Source of the DNA: a virus
Taxonomy: Duplodnaviria; Caudoviricetes
Virus record (IMG/VR): IMGVR_UViG_3300025889_000132
Coordinates: 1-59,210 of that record
Reading direction: 5' to 3' (one strand)
DNA length: 59,210 nucleotides
The position numbers were made by a program, and so were the translations under genes. The notes under the pieces were generated by a model. That model searched no databases, was not told the DNA's origin, and was given only the letters and a program-made list of their open reading frames with translations. Below, piece by piece: positions 29,349 to 38,256 of this stretch; position 1 is the first letter of the stretch; each line of letters opens with the position of its first letter.

Positions 29349-29702
29349 ATGTCGGGAACTTTAGGACCAGCAAAATCGTGGCGGGTCGTTTATAACAACG
29401 ACCTGCTCGTTACTTTCTTTAAAGAAACAGATGGGATGCTTTATACAGGTCAATCCTGTTTTGAATATCCAACAAGACAAGAATGTGTCGATGAAGCACG
29501 TTCTTTAAATTTAAAATTTGAGTGTTGGAAGTTTTGGACTTATCCAAATAACTTCTGTAGTGCTCCAGTTAACTTTTCTTATTACGAAACCGATAGAGAA
29601 GTTCCCATTGGGCAAGCAAGTGATGAGTATGGCTACATAACTCGTCAAACATATCAAGAATGCATTGATATTATTCAAGGACGCGGTTACGTTATTCGGT
29701 AA
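29349..29702 (+). CDS. Hypothetical protein (fibre-associated)
   Basis: Internal repeat 'T.QEC[VI]D'; follows the RBP. Confidence 0.65.
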   Translation: MSGTLGPAKSWRVVYNNDLLVTFFKETDGMLYTGQSCFEYPTRQECVDEARSLNLKFECWKFWTYPNNFCSAPVNFSYYETDREVPIGQASDEYGYITRQTYQECIDIIQGRGYVIR

Positions 29703-29707
29703 AAACA

Positions 29708-30349
29708 ATGTCTATCAAGTTGGTTGATGCTGCTTCTTATTATGTTGAAGAACAGCATCAAACCGATGCCTGGAATTGGTTGCAAGATCAACTCTCGGAA
29801 GAGACGTTAAATACGTTTGCAGATAAGTACAGAAATAAAGCTAAAAAGAATGAAAAATTAATTACAGCAAACGATAATGTACCCGTAGATACAATTAAAA
29901 AAGAAGAAAATACAAAGAAAAATGTAATTGCATTTGACCCCTGGAGCCCCTTTGGATATAAGGTAACTCCAAACATTACGTACGGTGAATTAACATTAAA
30001 TCAAGAAGCAAGACGTTTCACAAAGCACTTCCAATGTGAAACTGCTGTAAAACTTTGTGAGTTTTTAGAGAAAGTTAGATTAACATTTAACAACAAGCCA
30101 ATCATTATTACTAGTGGCTCGAGGCCAGAGCCAATTAATCGTGAAGTTGGTGGTGCAAAAAACAGCGAACATACCTATGACGCACCGCTTAAAGGTGCAG
30201 TAGATTTTTATATTGAAGGCGCAAACATCTACGATGTTCAAGCATGGTGCGACCAGAACTGGAAGTACTCATTGGGGTACGGTGCACAAAAAGGATTTAT
30301 TCATATTGGCATGAGGGAAACACAAAACAAGATTCGCTGGAATTATTAA
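29708..30349 (+). CDS. Endolysin, peptidase M15A family
   Basis: 'ITSGSR...N..VGGA.NSEH......AVD...GFIHI'. Confidence 0.9.
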   Translation: MSIKLVDAASYYVEEQHQTDAWNWLQDQLSEETLNTFADKYRNKAKKNEKLITANDNVPVDTIKKEENTKKNVIAFDPWSPFGYKVTPNITYGELTLNQEARRFTKHFQCETAVKLCEFLEKVRLTFNNKPIIITSGSRPEPINREVGGAKNSEHTYDAPLKGAVDFYIEGANIYDVQAWCDQNWKYSLGYGAQKGFIHIGMRETQNKIRWNY

Positions 30350-30350
30350 A

Positions 30351-30512
30351 GTGAAAAGAAATAAAGACCCGCAGATACGGGTTAATATCTGCTGGGAAGT
30401 TGGCGACGAAAAAAAATGCGTAACCCTCAATAAACAAGAGGCTTACGCAACAAAAGATTGGGTTGAGAAAAACAACGGTGTTGTTTTCTGGTTCCAGGCT
30501 TTACCTGATTAG
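30351..30512 (+). CDS. 53-aa hypothetical protein
   Basis: GTG-start ORF directly after the endolysin; not in the track. Confidence 0.5.
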   Translation: MKRNKDPQIRVNICWEVGDEKKCVTLNKQEAYATKDWVEKNNGVVFWFQALPD

Positions 30513-30673
30513 CGCTGTTTTGCTTTACCAACCACAAGCGCTAAAGTCTCCAACACCTTATACAACTTTGCCACCAGGGCATCGTCTTTCGGCGTAGGAG
30601 TCAAAGCTGTAATTGCAGATGCAGCGGCATGCACTGCAAGCAACACTTCGATGTATTTAGAGATGTGTTCCAT
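30509..30673 (-). CDS. Holin-like small membrane protein
   Basis: MEHISKYIEVLLAVHAAASAITALTPTPKDDALVAKLYKVLETLALVVGKAKQR; the AS.I.A.TPTP.DD motif; next to the endolysin; TAGAAT upstream. Confidence 0.65.
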   Translation of the reverse strand: MEHISKYIEVLLAVHAAASAITALTPTPKDDALVAKLYKVLETLALVVGKAKQR

Positions 30674-30700
30674 AATCTGGAATCTTTTTCTTTATTCTAC

Positions 30701-31129
30701 TTACCTAGATTTGTAGTAGAAAAAAGATTTATCTTCTTCTATTACTTCCCAATCAGAGTCTTCATGGCGAGCAAACCATTTTTTCCAAATACGAAATTGT
30801 TTATCTGATTCGACGCATTCGCATCGAATAACAAGAGAATCACCTTTTGGAATATACTCTTGACAATCTCTTAAAAAACGAACTGCTAAAGCTTGAGAAC
30901 GATTCCCCGCTTTACCTGTCAAATTCATATCCAAGCGGCGGACACGTTTGTTCTTTCTTCTCAACAACCAGTCGTTCGCCTGCCTCGTCGAACACGATAC
31001 GGCCATGCTGACTAACCACACACAACCACTCTGGGTCCGTATCCACGGGATAAGTCGTACCTTGAGAAAGGTCCCATCCTTCAAAGAAATCTTCCCAGTC
31101 TTCTTGCGACGCCTGGTACGGAGAGACAT
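30701..31129 (-). CDS. Hypothetical protein
   Basis: Starts 2 nt after the CP12-like stop. Confidence 0.6.
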   Translation of the reverse strand: MSLRTRRRKKTGKISLKDGTFLKVRLIPWIRTQSGCVWLVSMAVSCSTRQANDWLLRRKNKRVRRLDMNLTGKAGNRSQALAVRFLRDCQEYIPKGDSLVIRCECVESDKQFRIWKKWFARHEDSDWEVIEEDKSFFYYKSR

Positions 31130-31131
31130 TT

Positions 31132-31275
31132 TCAAACGTCATACATTTTGCACTCAGATGCCCAGGGTGTTTCAAGACAGTAAATAAACTGTTTGTCGTA
31201 AGGTGTCATCTTAATTTCAATAACCTCAGGACGCTTGAATACCTTGCGCATAATTAAAGTATAAAGTTTTTTCAT
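31132..31275 (-). CDS. CP12-like microprotein (C-terminal motif only)
   Basis: 47 aa ending YCLETPWASECKMYDV; ATGA-coupled to the upstream gene; not in the track. Confidence 0.6.
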   Translation of the reverse strand: MKKLYTLIMRKVFKRPEVIEIKMTPYDKQFIYCLETPWASECKMYDV

Positions 31276-31982
31276 GGTTGTGTTGCTAGAGGAACAAGAA
31301 TTGCGGGGAACGGAATTCCCTGCTGACGCTCACGTTGCCATGCTTCATCCCACTCAGACAACGAATGAGTATGTCGATCATTTTCAACATAATTCGGAGT
31401 GGTATCTGCAACAACGTAGCCTCCATCTTCATATAGCATAAGTGCATAATCTTCTAGAAGCAGATCAAATCCTGTTATTGGAAATTCAACAACAAAAGCA
31501 ACTTCATAATCAATATTTTCGTTTCGTGTAGAAGAAATGCACAGTAAGTAACTTCCTCTTTTTAAGGGGTAGTAGCGCAGATCGCCTTTATCTAGCCTGT
31601 TAGCATCAAAATTGTTGTATAAATCAGACTGTTTATTCATCACATGACCAACATACGGGTAATAAACTTCCCCGTCGATAGTCTCTGAAATGCTGTCCTT
31701 GTCAAAAGGATTACGTCCTTCGATTGGCGTAAGGTTTAGATCGTAAGCAGAAACATTGATGTAATTGGGGTTGCGACCACCCTTGGCCAAAATGATCCAG
31801 GCATCAGCAGAAATATCGATCCGGAACCAATGGTTATATGTTCCACCCCCATATCCCCCACTGACAACTTTATTTTTGGGACCCAGGGATCCGGTTAAAT
31901 TTCTAATTGATAATTGATCGAACGGTCCAAGAACCAAGGGACTTTCCTTGGTCCTCTGCCGTTGCGTTTGTGAAATACGCAT
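31272..31982 (-). CDS. Hypothetical protein (beta-rich)
   Basis: 236-aa ORF with a TAAAAT hexamer upstream. Confidence 0.7.
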   Translation of the reverse strand: MRISQTQRQRTKESPLVLGPFDQLSIRNLTGSLGPKNKVVSGGYGGGTYNHWFRIDISADAWIILAKGGRNPNYINVSAYDLNLTPIEGRNPFDKDSISETIDGEVYYPYVGHVMNKQSDLYNNFDANRLDKGDLRYYPLKRGSYLLCISSTRNENIDYEVAFVVEFPITGFDLLLEDYALMLYEDGGYVVADTTPNYVENDRHTHSLSEWDEAWQRERQQGIPFPAILVPLATQP

Positions 31983-32007
31983 TATTGTGTGTAGTCTTTT
32001 TTCTATT

Positions 32008-32670
32008 TTACTCTTCGCTTTCTTTGTTTTTTAAAGGACTAGAAATTGTGCTTTTGTACAAGTCTTTTATTTTTTCAACATCATTATTGATGCTGGCAAA
32101 ATACATCAGCTTTTTGGCTTCAAACTCAGTGCAGAAGGGGTGGATTATACGTGGTGGGTACATCCGATTCCAGGAGGACACCAGGTGTAATGGGTTGCCG
32201 CACAAGGGATTTGAGCAGAGCCTGGTTACGACACCCGTTCCAATATCGCCCCAGGCGCATTGGTAAATGGCCTTATGAAAGGTGACGTTTTCAGCTTTTT
32301 GTTTGCTGTATAAGGAGCGATAGGAGGGAAAACAAAAACGTTTAGGGGTGTAAATGGAATTGTTTTGGATTTCCCAGCACTCATCTGGCTCAGCAATTTG
32401 GATGCGGTTCCAGAGGCTTTGATATTTACCTTTGTAATCCACGTGTAAGTAGTTAATATCAAATCCACAGATGTTGGAAATAATTTTTTTAACGCACAAA
32501 TAACAGTAGTGTTCTTTTGAGTGGCGAATGGTATGACCGTGCGGGCACTGGAACCCACGGTAATAACCTCCGTCTTTAAGGATTTCGTCAGACAGTTCAG
32601 TGATATTGGGTATATGTCTAAAGGAATTAGGAACGTTGGTATTCCGGAGAGAACGGTAGATGTTAGCCAA
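32008..32670 (-). CDS. His-Me finger (His-Cys box-like) endonuclease-like protein with an N-terminal Zn ribbon
   Basis: CPHGH...CYLC; 'ECWE'; 'VTRLCSNPLCGNPLHL'. Confidence 0.7.
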   Translation of the reverse strand: MANIYRSLRNTNVPNSFRHIPNITELSDEILKDGGYYRGFQCPHGHTIRHSKEHYCYLCVKKIISNICGFDINYLHVDYKGKYQSLWNRIQIAEPDECWEIQNNSIYTPKRFCFPSYRSLYSKQKAENVTFHKAIYQCAWGDIGTGVVTRLCSNPLCGNPLHLVSSWNRMYPPRIIHPFCTEFEAKKLMYFASINNDVEKIKDLYKSTISSPLKNKESEE

Positions 32671-33001
32671 GTTCCTCCGTGCTGATTTTTTTGACGACGT
32701 TCGAGATTAGTAGTGGTTCTCGATTGTCTTTTTCAGTGTTGCTCTTGTGGTGGAGCACACGGGAATTCGTCAAGTCTCGTTCTGTTCTCATGAAACACAC
32801 AATGCGATGCGCCAGGTATCGCTTGTTGTCCACGAAAACCATGTAGTAACCAGTGCGGATATTGATACGTCCGACTTGATCTCCAGCCTTGTAGCCAGCA
32901 CGATCAATTCTCCATTCGAGACCAGAAGGATACTTGTCAGACAAATCAAACAGTTCTCGTAACCGCCAAAGGGGTGGAAGAGACATGCTTGAGGTCGCCA
33001 T
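32663..33001 (-). CDS. HNH homing endonuclease-like protein
   Basis: 'LRELF...SGLEW...GYY.V.VD.KRYLAHRIV...VLHH...DN'. Confidence 0.7.
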   Translation of the reverse strand: MATSSMSLPPLWRLRELFDLSDKYPSGLEWRIDRAGYKAGDQVGRINIRTGYYMVFVDNKRYLAHRIVCFMRTERDLTNSRVLHHKSNTEKDNREPLLISNVVKKISTEELG

Positions 33002-33245
33002 TGGAAGGGGGTGCGTGAAAACAGAGAATACCCTTAATTTTTCTCTAGCTTCAGTTAAATGACACGGTTGAAACAAAGTGTACTGAGAACCGAGAACAGA
33101 TACCTGTTTTTATCTCTTTACTTTTGCCCTCAACTTTTCAACATTACACCATTTGAACAAAGTGTCATATTCCATAGGGGGGGATGAAATGACCCCCCAA
33201 TCTCTGAAAGTCTGCACAGGACTCAAAGTGAGACTAAGAAACCAA

Positions 33246-33275
33246 GAAAAAACCCCCACCAATCGGCAGGGGTTC
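33246..33275 (-). terminator. Rho-independent terminator after the GT4 gene
   Basis: Minus strand: aacccctgcc-gatt-ggtgggggtt followed by T-run. Confidence 0.7.
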
Positions 33276-33303
33276 TCAACCCAACGGTCTCACCGCATCC
33301 AAA

Positions 33304-34542
33304 TTACTTTTTGTTTTTGACTTTGCCTTTAGGCTTCACAATTTGTGGTTTTTCAGCCTGAGCCAAGGTCTCCTGGAACACCTCGTCGAATTGAGAGGCG
33401 ATCGTTTCCCAGTGGAAGGCAACGTCCGTCACACGGTCGTAGCACTTTTGAGCCACTTCATCCAGCAGCTTGCGATCGTCGTACAACTTGCCCAGCTGTT
33501 CGGCCAGGTGGTTGTCGTCGGGGCAAGGCATGATGCGACCAAAATTGGTATCCACATCGGCGTGAAGAGAACGGATTAAGAGGCCGTAACCATCAAAGAT
33601 CTCTTTACAGGACGTGTGATCGGGCACCACCTGGGCCACACGGCAGGCTGCGTGCTCGAAGTTAACAAGGCCCCAGCCTTCACCTTTACAGGTGTTCACG
33701 CCTACGTCAGCCACCTGATAGATCGTTTCCAGCAGGTCCACCGGGACTGCGGGGGGCATGGGGTTAGGGGTGGTCATGATGATCCGATTATTGGGATCTA
33801 GACCTTGCCGGTTCATTTCACGTGCGAACAACGGCATGATGTCCCAACCCTGGTCCTTCATCCCCATGTGGAGATAAAGCTTGGCATCAGGACGGTCAAC
33901 TGCGAATTTGGCAAAGGCACTGATTGTGATATCAAGCCGTTTGCGGAACTGGTTCCGGTTGCCGTTGAAGACGATGAAGTCGTCGGGATTCAGACCCAAC
34001 TTCTTTCGTGCCTCTGCTTTGTCTCCAGGTGAGAACTGACCCTGGGTAACACCGTGGGGAATCACACTGACAGGTTTCCTGCAACCAGCGTTGATGGTTT
34101 CTTGTGCACCGAATTCGGTGTAACAGATGGCGGCATCCCAGTCGTTGATGGTGTCCATGAGTGCGCCGTACCACTCATAAGAGTCCATGGGGTAGTAACC
34201 CACAAACTTGAATTTCAGTTCATCGCGCAGGTCAGCAATGCGTTTGAACTGCTCATTAATGATCCAGATATCGTTCATGGTGAAGACGACATCAGGACGG
34301 ATATTGGCGACCATCTCGCGGATGCGGTCTTCGCCAAAAGGTGCTTGCTGGAAGCGGTTTGAAGCCGGATAGAGTTTATAAACCTCCTGGAGTGGTGTGT
34401 AATCGCCGTGCCAATTACAACCGAGGACGTGGATCTCGTATTTATCTTTGAGTTTGTCGAGTACGTTTTCTGTAACGCGTGCAAAACCCGTGGTGGCGAC
34501 GATATCGCCCACCCATAAAAGCTTGGGTTTACCTTCTGCCAT
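33304..34542 (-). CDS. Glycosyltransferase, GT-B fold (GT4-like)
   Basis: 'TGFARVT', 'NRNQFRKRLD', 'EGWGLVNFEHAAC' (EX7E motif). Confidence 0.9.
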   Translation of the reverse strand: MAEGKPKLLWVGDIVATTGFARVTENVLDKLKDKYEIHVLGCNWHGDYTPLQEVYKLYPASNRFQQAPFGEDRIREMVANIRPDVVFTMNDIWIINEQFKRIADLRDELKFKFVGYYPMDSYEWYGALMDTINDWDAAICYTEFGAQETINAGCRKPVSVIPHGVTQGQFSPGDKAEARKKLGLNPDDFIVFNGNRNQFRKRLDITISAFAKFAVDRPDAKLYLHMGMKDQGWDIMPLFAREMNRQGLDPNNRIIMTTPNPMPPAVPVDLLETIYQVADVGVNTCKGEGWGLVNFEHAACRVAQVVPDHTSCKEIFDGYGLLIRSLHADVDTNFGRIMPCPDDNHLAEQLGKLYDDRKLLDEVAQKCYDRVTDVAFHWETIASQFDEVFQETLAQAEKPQIVKPKGKVKNKK

Positions 34543-34579
34543 TATTAGTTGATTAACTTAATCAACTATACAAAATTAT

Positions 34580-34927
34580 TCAAGGTTGTATAGATCGGAT
34601 TAGCTCCTGTTTTTTAGTTATATCCGAACAAAGTTGCTCTTCAAAAAATTTGGCAGCGCGATTGCTGTCAGTTTTTTCCCCGCAGGTGTAGAGGTCGATA
34701 GCTGCGTAACCGACCTCAGGCCAAGTGTGAATTGAGCAGTGTGATTCTGACAGTAAAGCGAGGAGTGTTACTCCCTGTGGTGAGAATTTTTCCCCAATCA
34801 CTCGCACGACGGTCGCATTAGACAGTTCAAGGGCGCGTTCCATCACACCCTTGAGAAAGTCATAATCATCTAATAGCTGCGGATCGCAGCCATAGAGATC
34901 AAGAATTAAATGGCGACCGTTGCTCAA
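34580..34927 (-). CDS. speD: S-adenosylmethionine decarboxylase proenzyme (class 1B)
   Basis: 'GRHLILDLYGC', 'F.PQGVT...LLSESHCSIHTWPE.GYAAIDLYTCG'. Confidence 0.9.
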   Translation of the reverse strand: MSNGRHLILDLYGCDPQLLDDYDFLKGVMERALELSNATVVRVIGEKFSPQGVTLLALLSESHCSIHTWPEVGYAAIDLYTCGEKTDSNRAAKFFEEQLCSDITKKQELIRSIQP

Positions 34928-37575
34928 AAATCTAAATTCTCTTGTTCTATTTTCGCATCTTTTTTCTTGGTTAATACATCACCGTACATGGGCTCCCATT
35001 CGGCTTTGTTCAAACCAACTTCAACGATCGATGGGAAGTCACCGTATTTGGTGGGATTACTGGCACGAGTTGCGATGTTATTGATGCGCAAACCTCGAGA
35101 AGTGCCCATCTTGTAAACATCGAGACCAAGCTGGTGGACACACACGTCCATCAGTAGGGTTTCAAAACGGCTTCGACCAAGGATATTGCTGTTGCTGCCA
35201 CGCGAAAACTCGCAATAGCTGGCGTACAACCATTTGTCCCAATTGCTGTAGACGTATGTTGTGCCTTGAGCTGTTTTAGCCAGGCCAACAGCACTGGATG
35301 CCCCTGGATCAAAGACGATGCAGTGACTCATCCAATCCATGATTTGGTTGGACTTAAGGATTTGTTCCTTGTGATGCTTGGCAAAGAAGTCTACCTTCTT
35401 GTTGGTTTCCATCAGATATTCCCGCATCTCGAGTTCAGGCATTTCCAGAACCCAGTTGACAAGACCAGGGAGGAGAGCAGCGAATTCACCGAAGGGACGA
35501 CCTCTGTCATCCATATCGATGAGTGTTTTTTGTTCAGCAGAAGAACCAGTGAATGGTTTATCGAAAGGAATTGTGAGCCTTCGACGTGCTAGACCCGAGG
35601 TGGGATCAGTGGTTTGGATGGGTTCGTTGGCAGTGATCATGACCAAGCCATTGAACTTGAAAGGCTTTTGGCTTGCAGCCTGGAACTTTCGTTCGTTTCG
35701 AATTAAGTCACGACCAGTGATGGCTTTGAGTACAGAGACAGAACCGCCGTAACGCTCGACATCGTTGAAGAGCAGAAGTTTTTTCTTGTAGAGGTTGGAG
35801 GTTTCGAACCTGTTTTTCTCGAGGTGCTCGAGCGAGGAGATCATGGCGTTTTCATCCCCGACCAGGGCATGAGCCAGGTTTGCATAGGTTGATTTGCCGG
35901 ACTTGCCGGGTCCAACAATCTCAACGAACTTCTGGATCTCGGAGTAACCAAGCAGTACAGCACGCAACCATGCCCGCAGAACTTGGGTACGACTCCAATT
36001 ATTTTCTTGCGTTCCTTTTAACCACTGGATGATTGGTTCGCACTTGGCGTATGGATCGTATTGGTACGGCAGCTGCTGTGTGATATAGAGATCACGGCTA
36101 GAGGGTTTGAACTCTTTGGTTTCGATGTTCAGAACACCATTTTCAAACAGTAGCAATTCTTTACCTTCATACCAATCATCAAAGATGACAGTGATGCGGA
36201 GTTGTTCCATCACGTCATTGATCAGCTTCATGCTGTAGCCGCTGGGCAACAGGCTTGTTTTGATCCGTTCAAACTTTGAGCGGATGTCACCTTTCATCTC
36301 AGCTTCTGAGATTTGGCACCACAGACCTTTGCGGCGATTGTGTTCATAGATAAAGAACGAACCATGCGACTGGCTGTAGAGGAGATTGCCCCCATATTCC
36401 TGAAGAAGAACTTCAGCAATTTGGTCGTAGGAGGGATTACGTGTTCCTTTTTTATCGTTTTTATTTGTGTTCCCATGAGCTAACCACTGAACGTCACGAG
36501 AATTGGGTTTAGCTACAGAAGAGACTGGTTGCGGGAAATCATCTTGTACATCTTTTTCTAACGCTTCAAACATGGTATTGATGTGTTCAAGTACGTGATC
36601 GTCAGGCAGCAAAGCTTTGTGCTCTTGAGAGTTGTCGTTGTATGACCAACCATTTTCTTTGGCCATGTAGTAGAGACTGCCTGGACCTCTTCCACCACCA
36701 CGGACAAAAGTGAGCCAACGTTTTTGGCACTCACCTTCTTTGTATTTATCTGACTGCTTGGACCACTCATCCCATACATCGAGAAGAGAATCGTCTAACT
36801 CATGGAGGATTTGGCCGATACTGATCCAAAGATCGTAATCATCGGCAGATTCAGGCGGCAAAGCCCAAGTTGCATCAGTTGCTTTTTTGATATCAGTTTC
36901 AAGATCCATTTCTGCATGGATCGCAAAACCAGGTCCAATGACACGTTGGGTTTCCTTGGCTGGAACACCAAGCTTGACGTTCTTGGTAACAATCTGCTGG
37001 AGTACCCAATCGGGAAGTTCAGGGAGATTATCAACCCATTCGTACCCCATCCCATCTGGAGTGAAGTAACCATCCGTATTGGGGTGAAGGCCCATGAGGA
37101 CCCCTTGGTGGCGTTTCCAAAGGATCTCTAGTTTTTCTTTATCGCCTCCTTCAGGAGAGGTGTACCAGACATACTTATTGCGTAGGAAATGTTTATGTTT
37201 TTCGCGATCAATTTTGTATAGTTTGCGCTCACGACCGGGTTTGCCGCTGCAAATGGTCAGTGTGGGAGGCAGTGCGGCATTGAAATCGTCAATGCCGGAG
37301 AGTTCTTTGACGAGTGGATAAACAGTTTCACCATCTACGTCAACCCAAACCAAGCCGTAAGGGTAGTTGTAGACAGGTCCGCTGATCAGGCCAATGGCCT
37401 TGCAATCACCTGATAAAAGCTCTGGCTCAATATCTGCTACAGAAAAGAAGTTGCTTTGCCAACCTGGGACATATGGATTTTTCTCACTACCTAATGGCGT
37501 GAGCGGCCAATCAACAGGGATATAGTCGAGGCGGATTTCCCCTGGCTTAAGCTTTTGTTCGTTTTTATTGGTCAT
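34924..37575 (-). CDS. Primase-polymerase/PriCT-2/D5-type SF3 helicase
   Basis: N-terminal prim-pol 'DVD'; 'DDYDLWISIG..LH' PriCT-2; Walker A GPGKSGKST; 'ITANE'. Confidence 0.9.
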   Translation of the reverse strand: MTNKNEQKLKPGEIRLDYIPVDWPLTPLGSEKNPYVPGWQSNFFSVADIEPELLSGDCKAIGLISGPVYNYPYGLVWVDVDGETVYPLVKELSGIDDFNAALPPTLTICSGKPGRERKLYKIDREKHKHFLRNKYVWYTSPEGGDKEKLEILWKRHQGVLMGLHPNTDGYFTPDGMGYEWVDNLPELPDWVLQQIVTKNVKLGVPAKETQRVIGPGFAIHAEMDLETDIKKATDATWALPPESADDYDLWISIGQILHELDDSLLDVWDEWSKQSDKYKEGECQKRWLTFVRGGGRGPGSLYYMAKENGWSYNDNSQEHKALLPDDHVLEHINTMFEALEKDVQDDFPQPVSSVAKPNSRDVQWLAHGNTNKNDKKGTRNPSYDQIAEVLLQEYGGNLLYSQSHGSFFIYEHNRRKGLWCQISEAEMKGDIRSKFERIKTSLLPSGYSMKLINDVMEQLRITVIFDDWYEGKELLLFENGVLNIETKEFKPSSRDLYITQQLPYQYDPYAKCEPIIQWLKGTQENNWSRTQVLRAWLRAVLLGYSEIQKFVEIVGPGKSGKSTYANLAHALVGDENAMISSLEHLEKNRFETSNLYKKKLLLFNDVERYGGSVSVLKAITGRDLIRNERKFQAASQKPFKFNGLVMITANEPIQTTDPTSGLARRRLTIPFDKPFTGSSAEQKTLIDMDDRGRPFGEFAALLPGLVNWVLEMPELEMREYLMETNKKVDFFAKHHKEQILKSNQIMDWMSHCIVFDPGASSAVGLAKTAQGTTYVYSNWDKWLYASYCEFSRGSNSNILGRSRFETLLMDVCVHQLGLDVYKMGTSRGLRINNIATRASNPTKYGDFPSIVEVGLNKAEWEPMYGDVLTKKKDAKIEQENLDF

Positions 37576-37756
37576 CGCCTGTAGCTTGGTTGACTGTTAC
37601 TGTAAAGTTTCTGTCAGAGAATTGACCTTCTTTTAACAACATGAATGCATGAAGATGCATGTTGGTTGGCAGACGAAAACAATCCCCATCAGCCGCATCG
37701 GACATGAGGTGCTGGAGAGTATTCATCCACTCACCAACGGAAACGTTGATTTCCAT
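37565..37756 (-). CDS. Hypothetical protein
   Basis: Overlaps the primase start. Confidence 0.6.
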   Translation of the reverse strand: MEINVSVGEWMNTLQHLMSDAADGDCFRLPTNMHLHAFMLLKEGQFSDRNFTVTVNQATGDDQ

Positions 37757-37829
37757 TGGAGGTCTTGAATTGAGTGTCTTCTTATCCTACGGCTGGCAAT
37801 CCAAGGCGAACACGTTCGAAATAATTAAA

Positions 37830-37988
37830 TTAGCAAGTCTTATGCGACTCATTTAGAACTTGATGGCCTTTGGTCTCGATGTCTTTTCTGCGTTCCAACA
37901 TTCTGTTATAGATAACAATTGCATCTTCTCTGGTGACAACTGCGGTTTCACAGGCAGACTCCCACAGTTTCGCTTCAAACTGACTCAT
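37830..37988 (-). CDS. 52-aa hypothetical protein
   Basis: ATG ORF (MSQFEAKLWESAC...) filling the gap; not in the track. Confidence 0.45.
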   Translation of the reverse strand: MSQFEAKLWESACETAVVTREDAIVIYNRMLERRKDIETKGHQVLNESHKTC

Positions 37989-38256
37989 CTGTATTGTTTA
38001 TCTTTTCTTTATTATGCCATTTAGCAGTCAACCTCATTGCTCCACCAAGCTTCAAGGATTCACCGGTTTGTAGCTCTGGGTCAATTTTTTCTTCTGTGTA
38101 TTCAGGTGTGAAGTGTTCTTCCAGCTCGCGTTCCGCCGCAATCTGGTTTTCAAGCTCGATCATTTTTAATCGAGCTTTTAGTTTTGATTCAAACCAAAGC
38201 CGTTTCAACCATTCGATAACGGCTTCGATGATGTCCTTAAATAAGGTCCGGATCAT
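37975..38256 (-). CDS. Hypothetical protein
   Basis: ORF in operon. Confidence 0.6.
   Translation of the reverse strand: MIRTLFKDIIEAVIEWLKRLWFESKLKARLKMIELENQIAAERELEEHFTPEYTEEKIDPELQTGESLKLGGAMRLTAKWHNKEKINNTDESV

Noticed and set aside
30912-31175. 87-aa minus-strand ORF
   Set aside because: It overlaps both the CP12-like ORF and 30701..31129, which tile the region with tight coupling.
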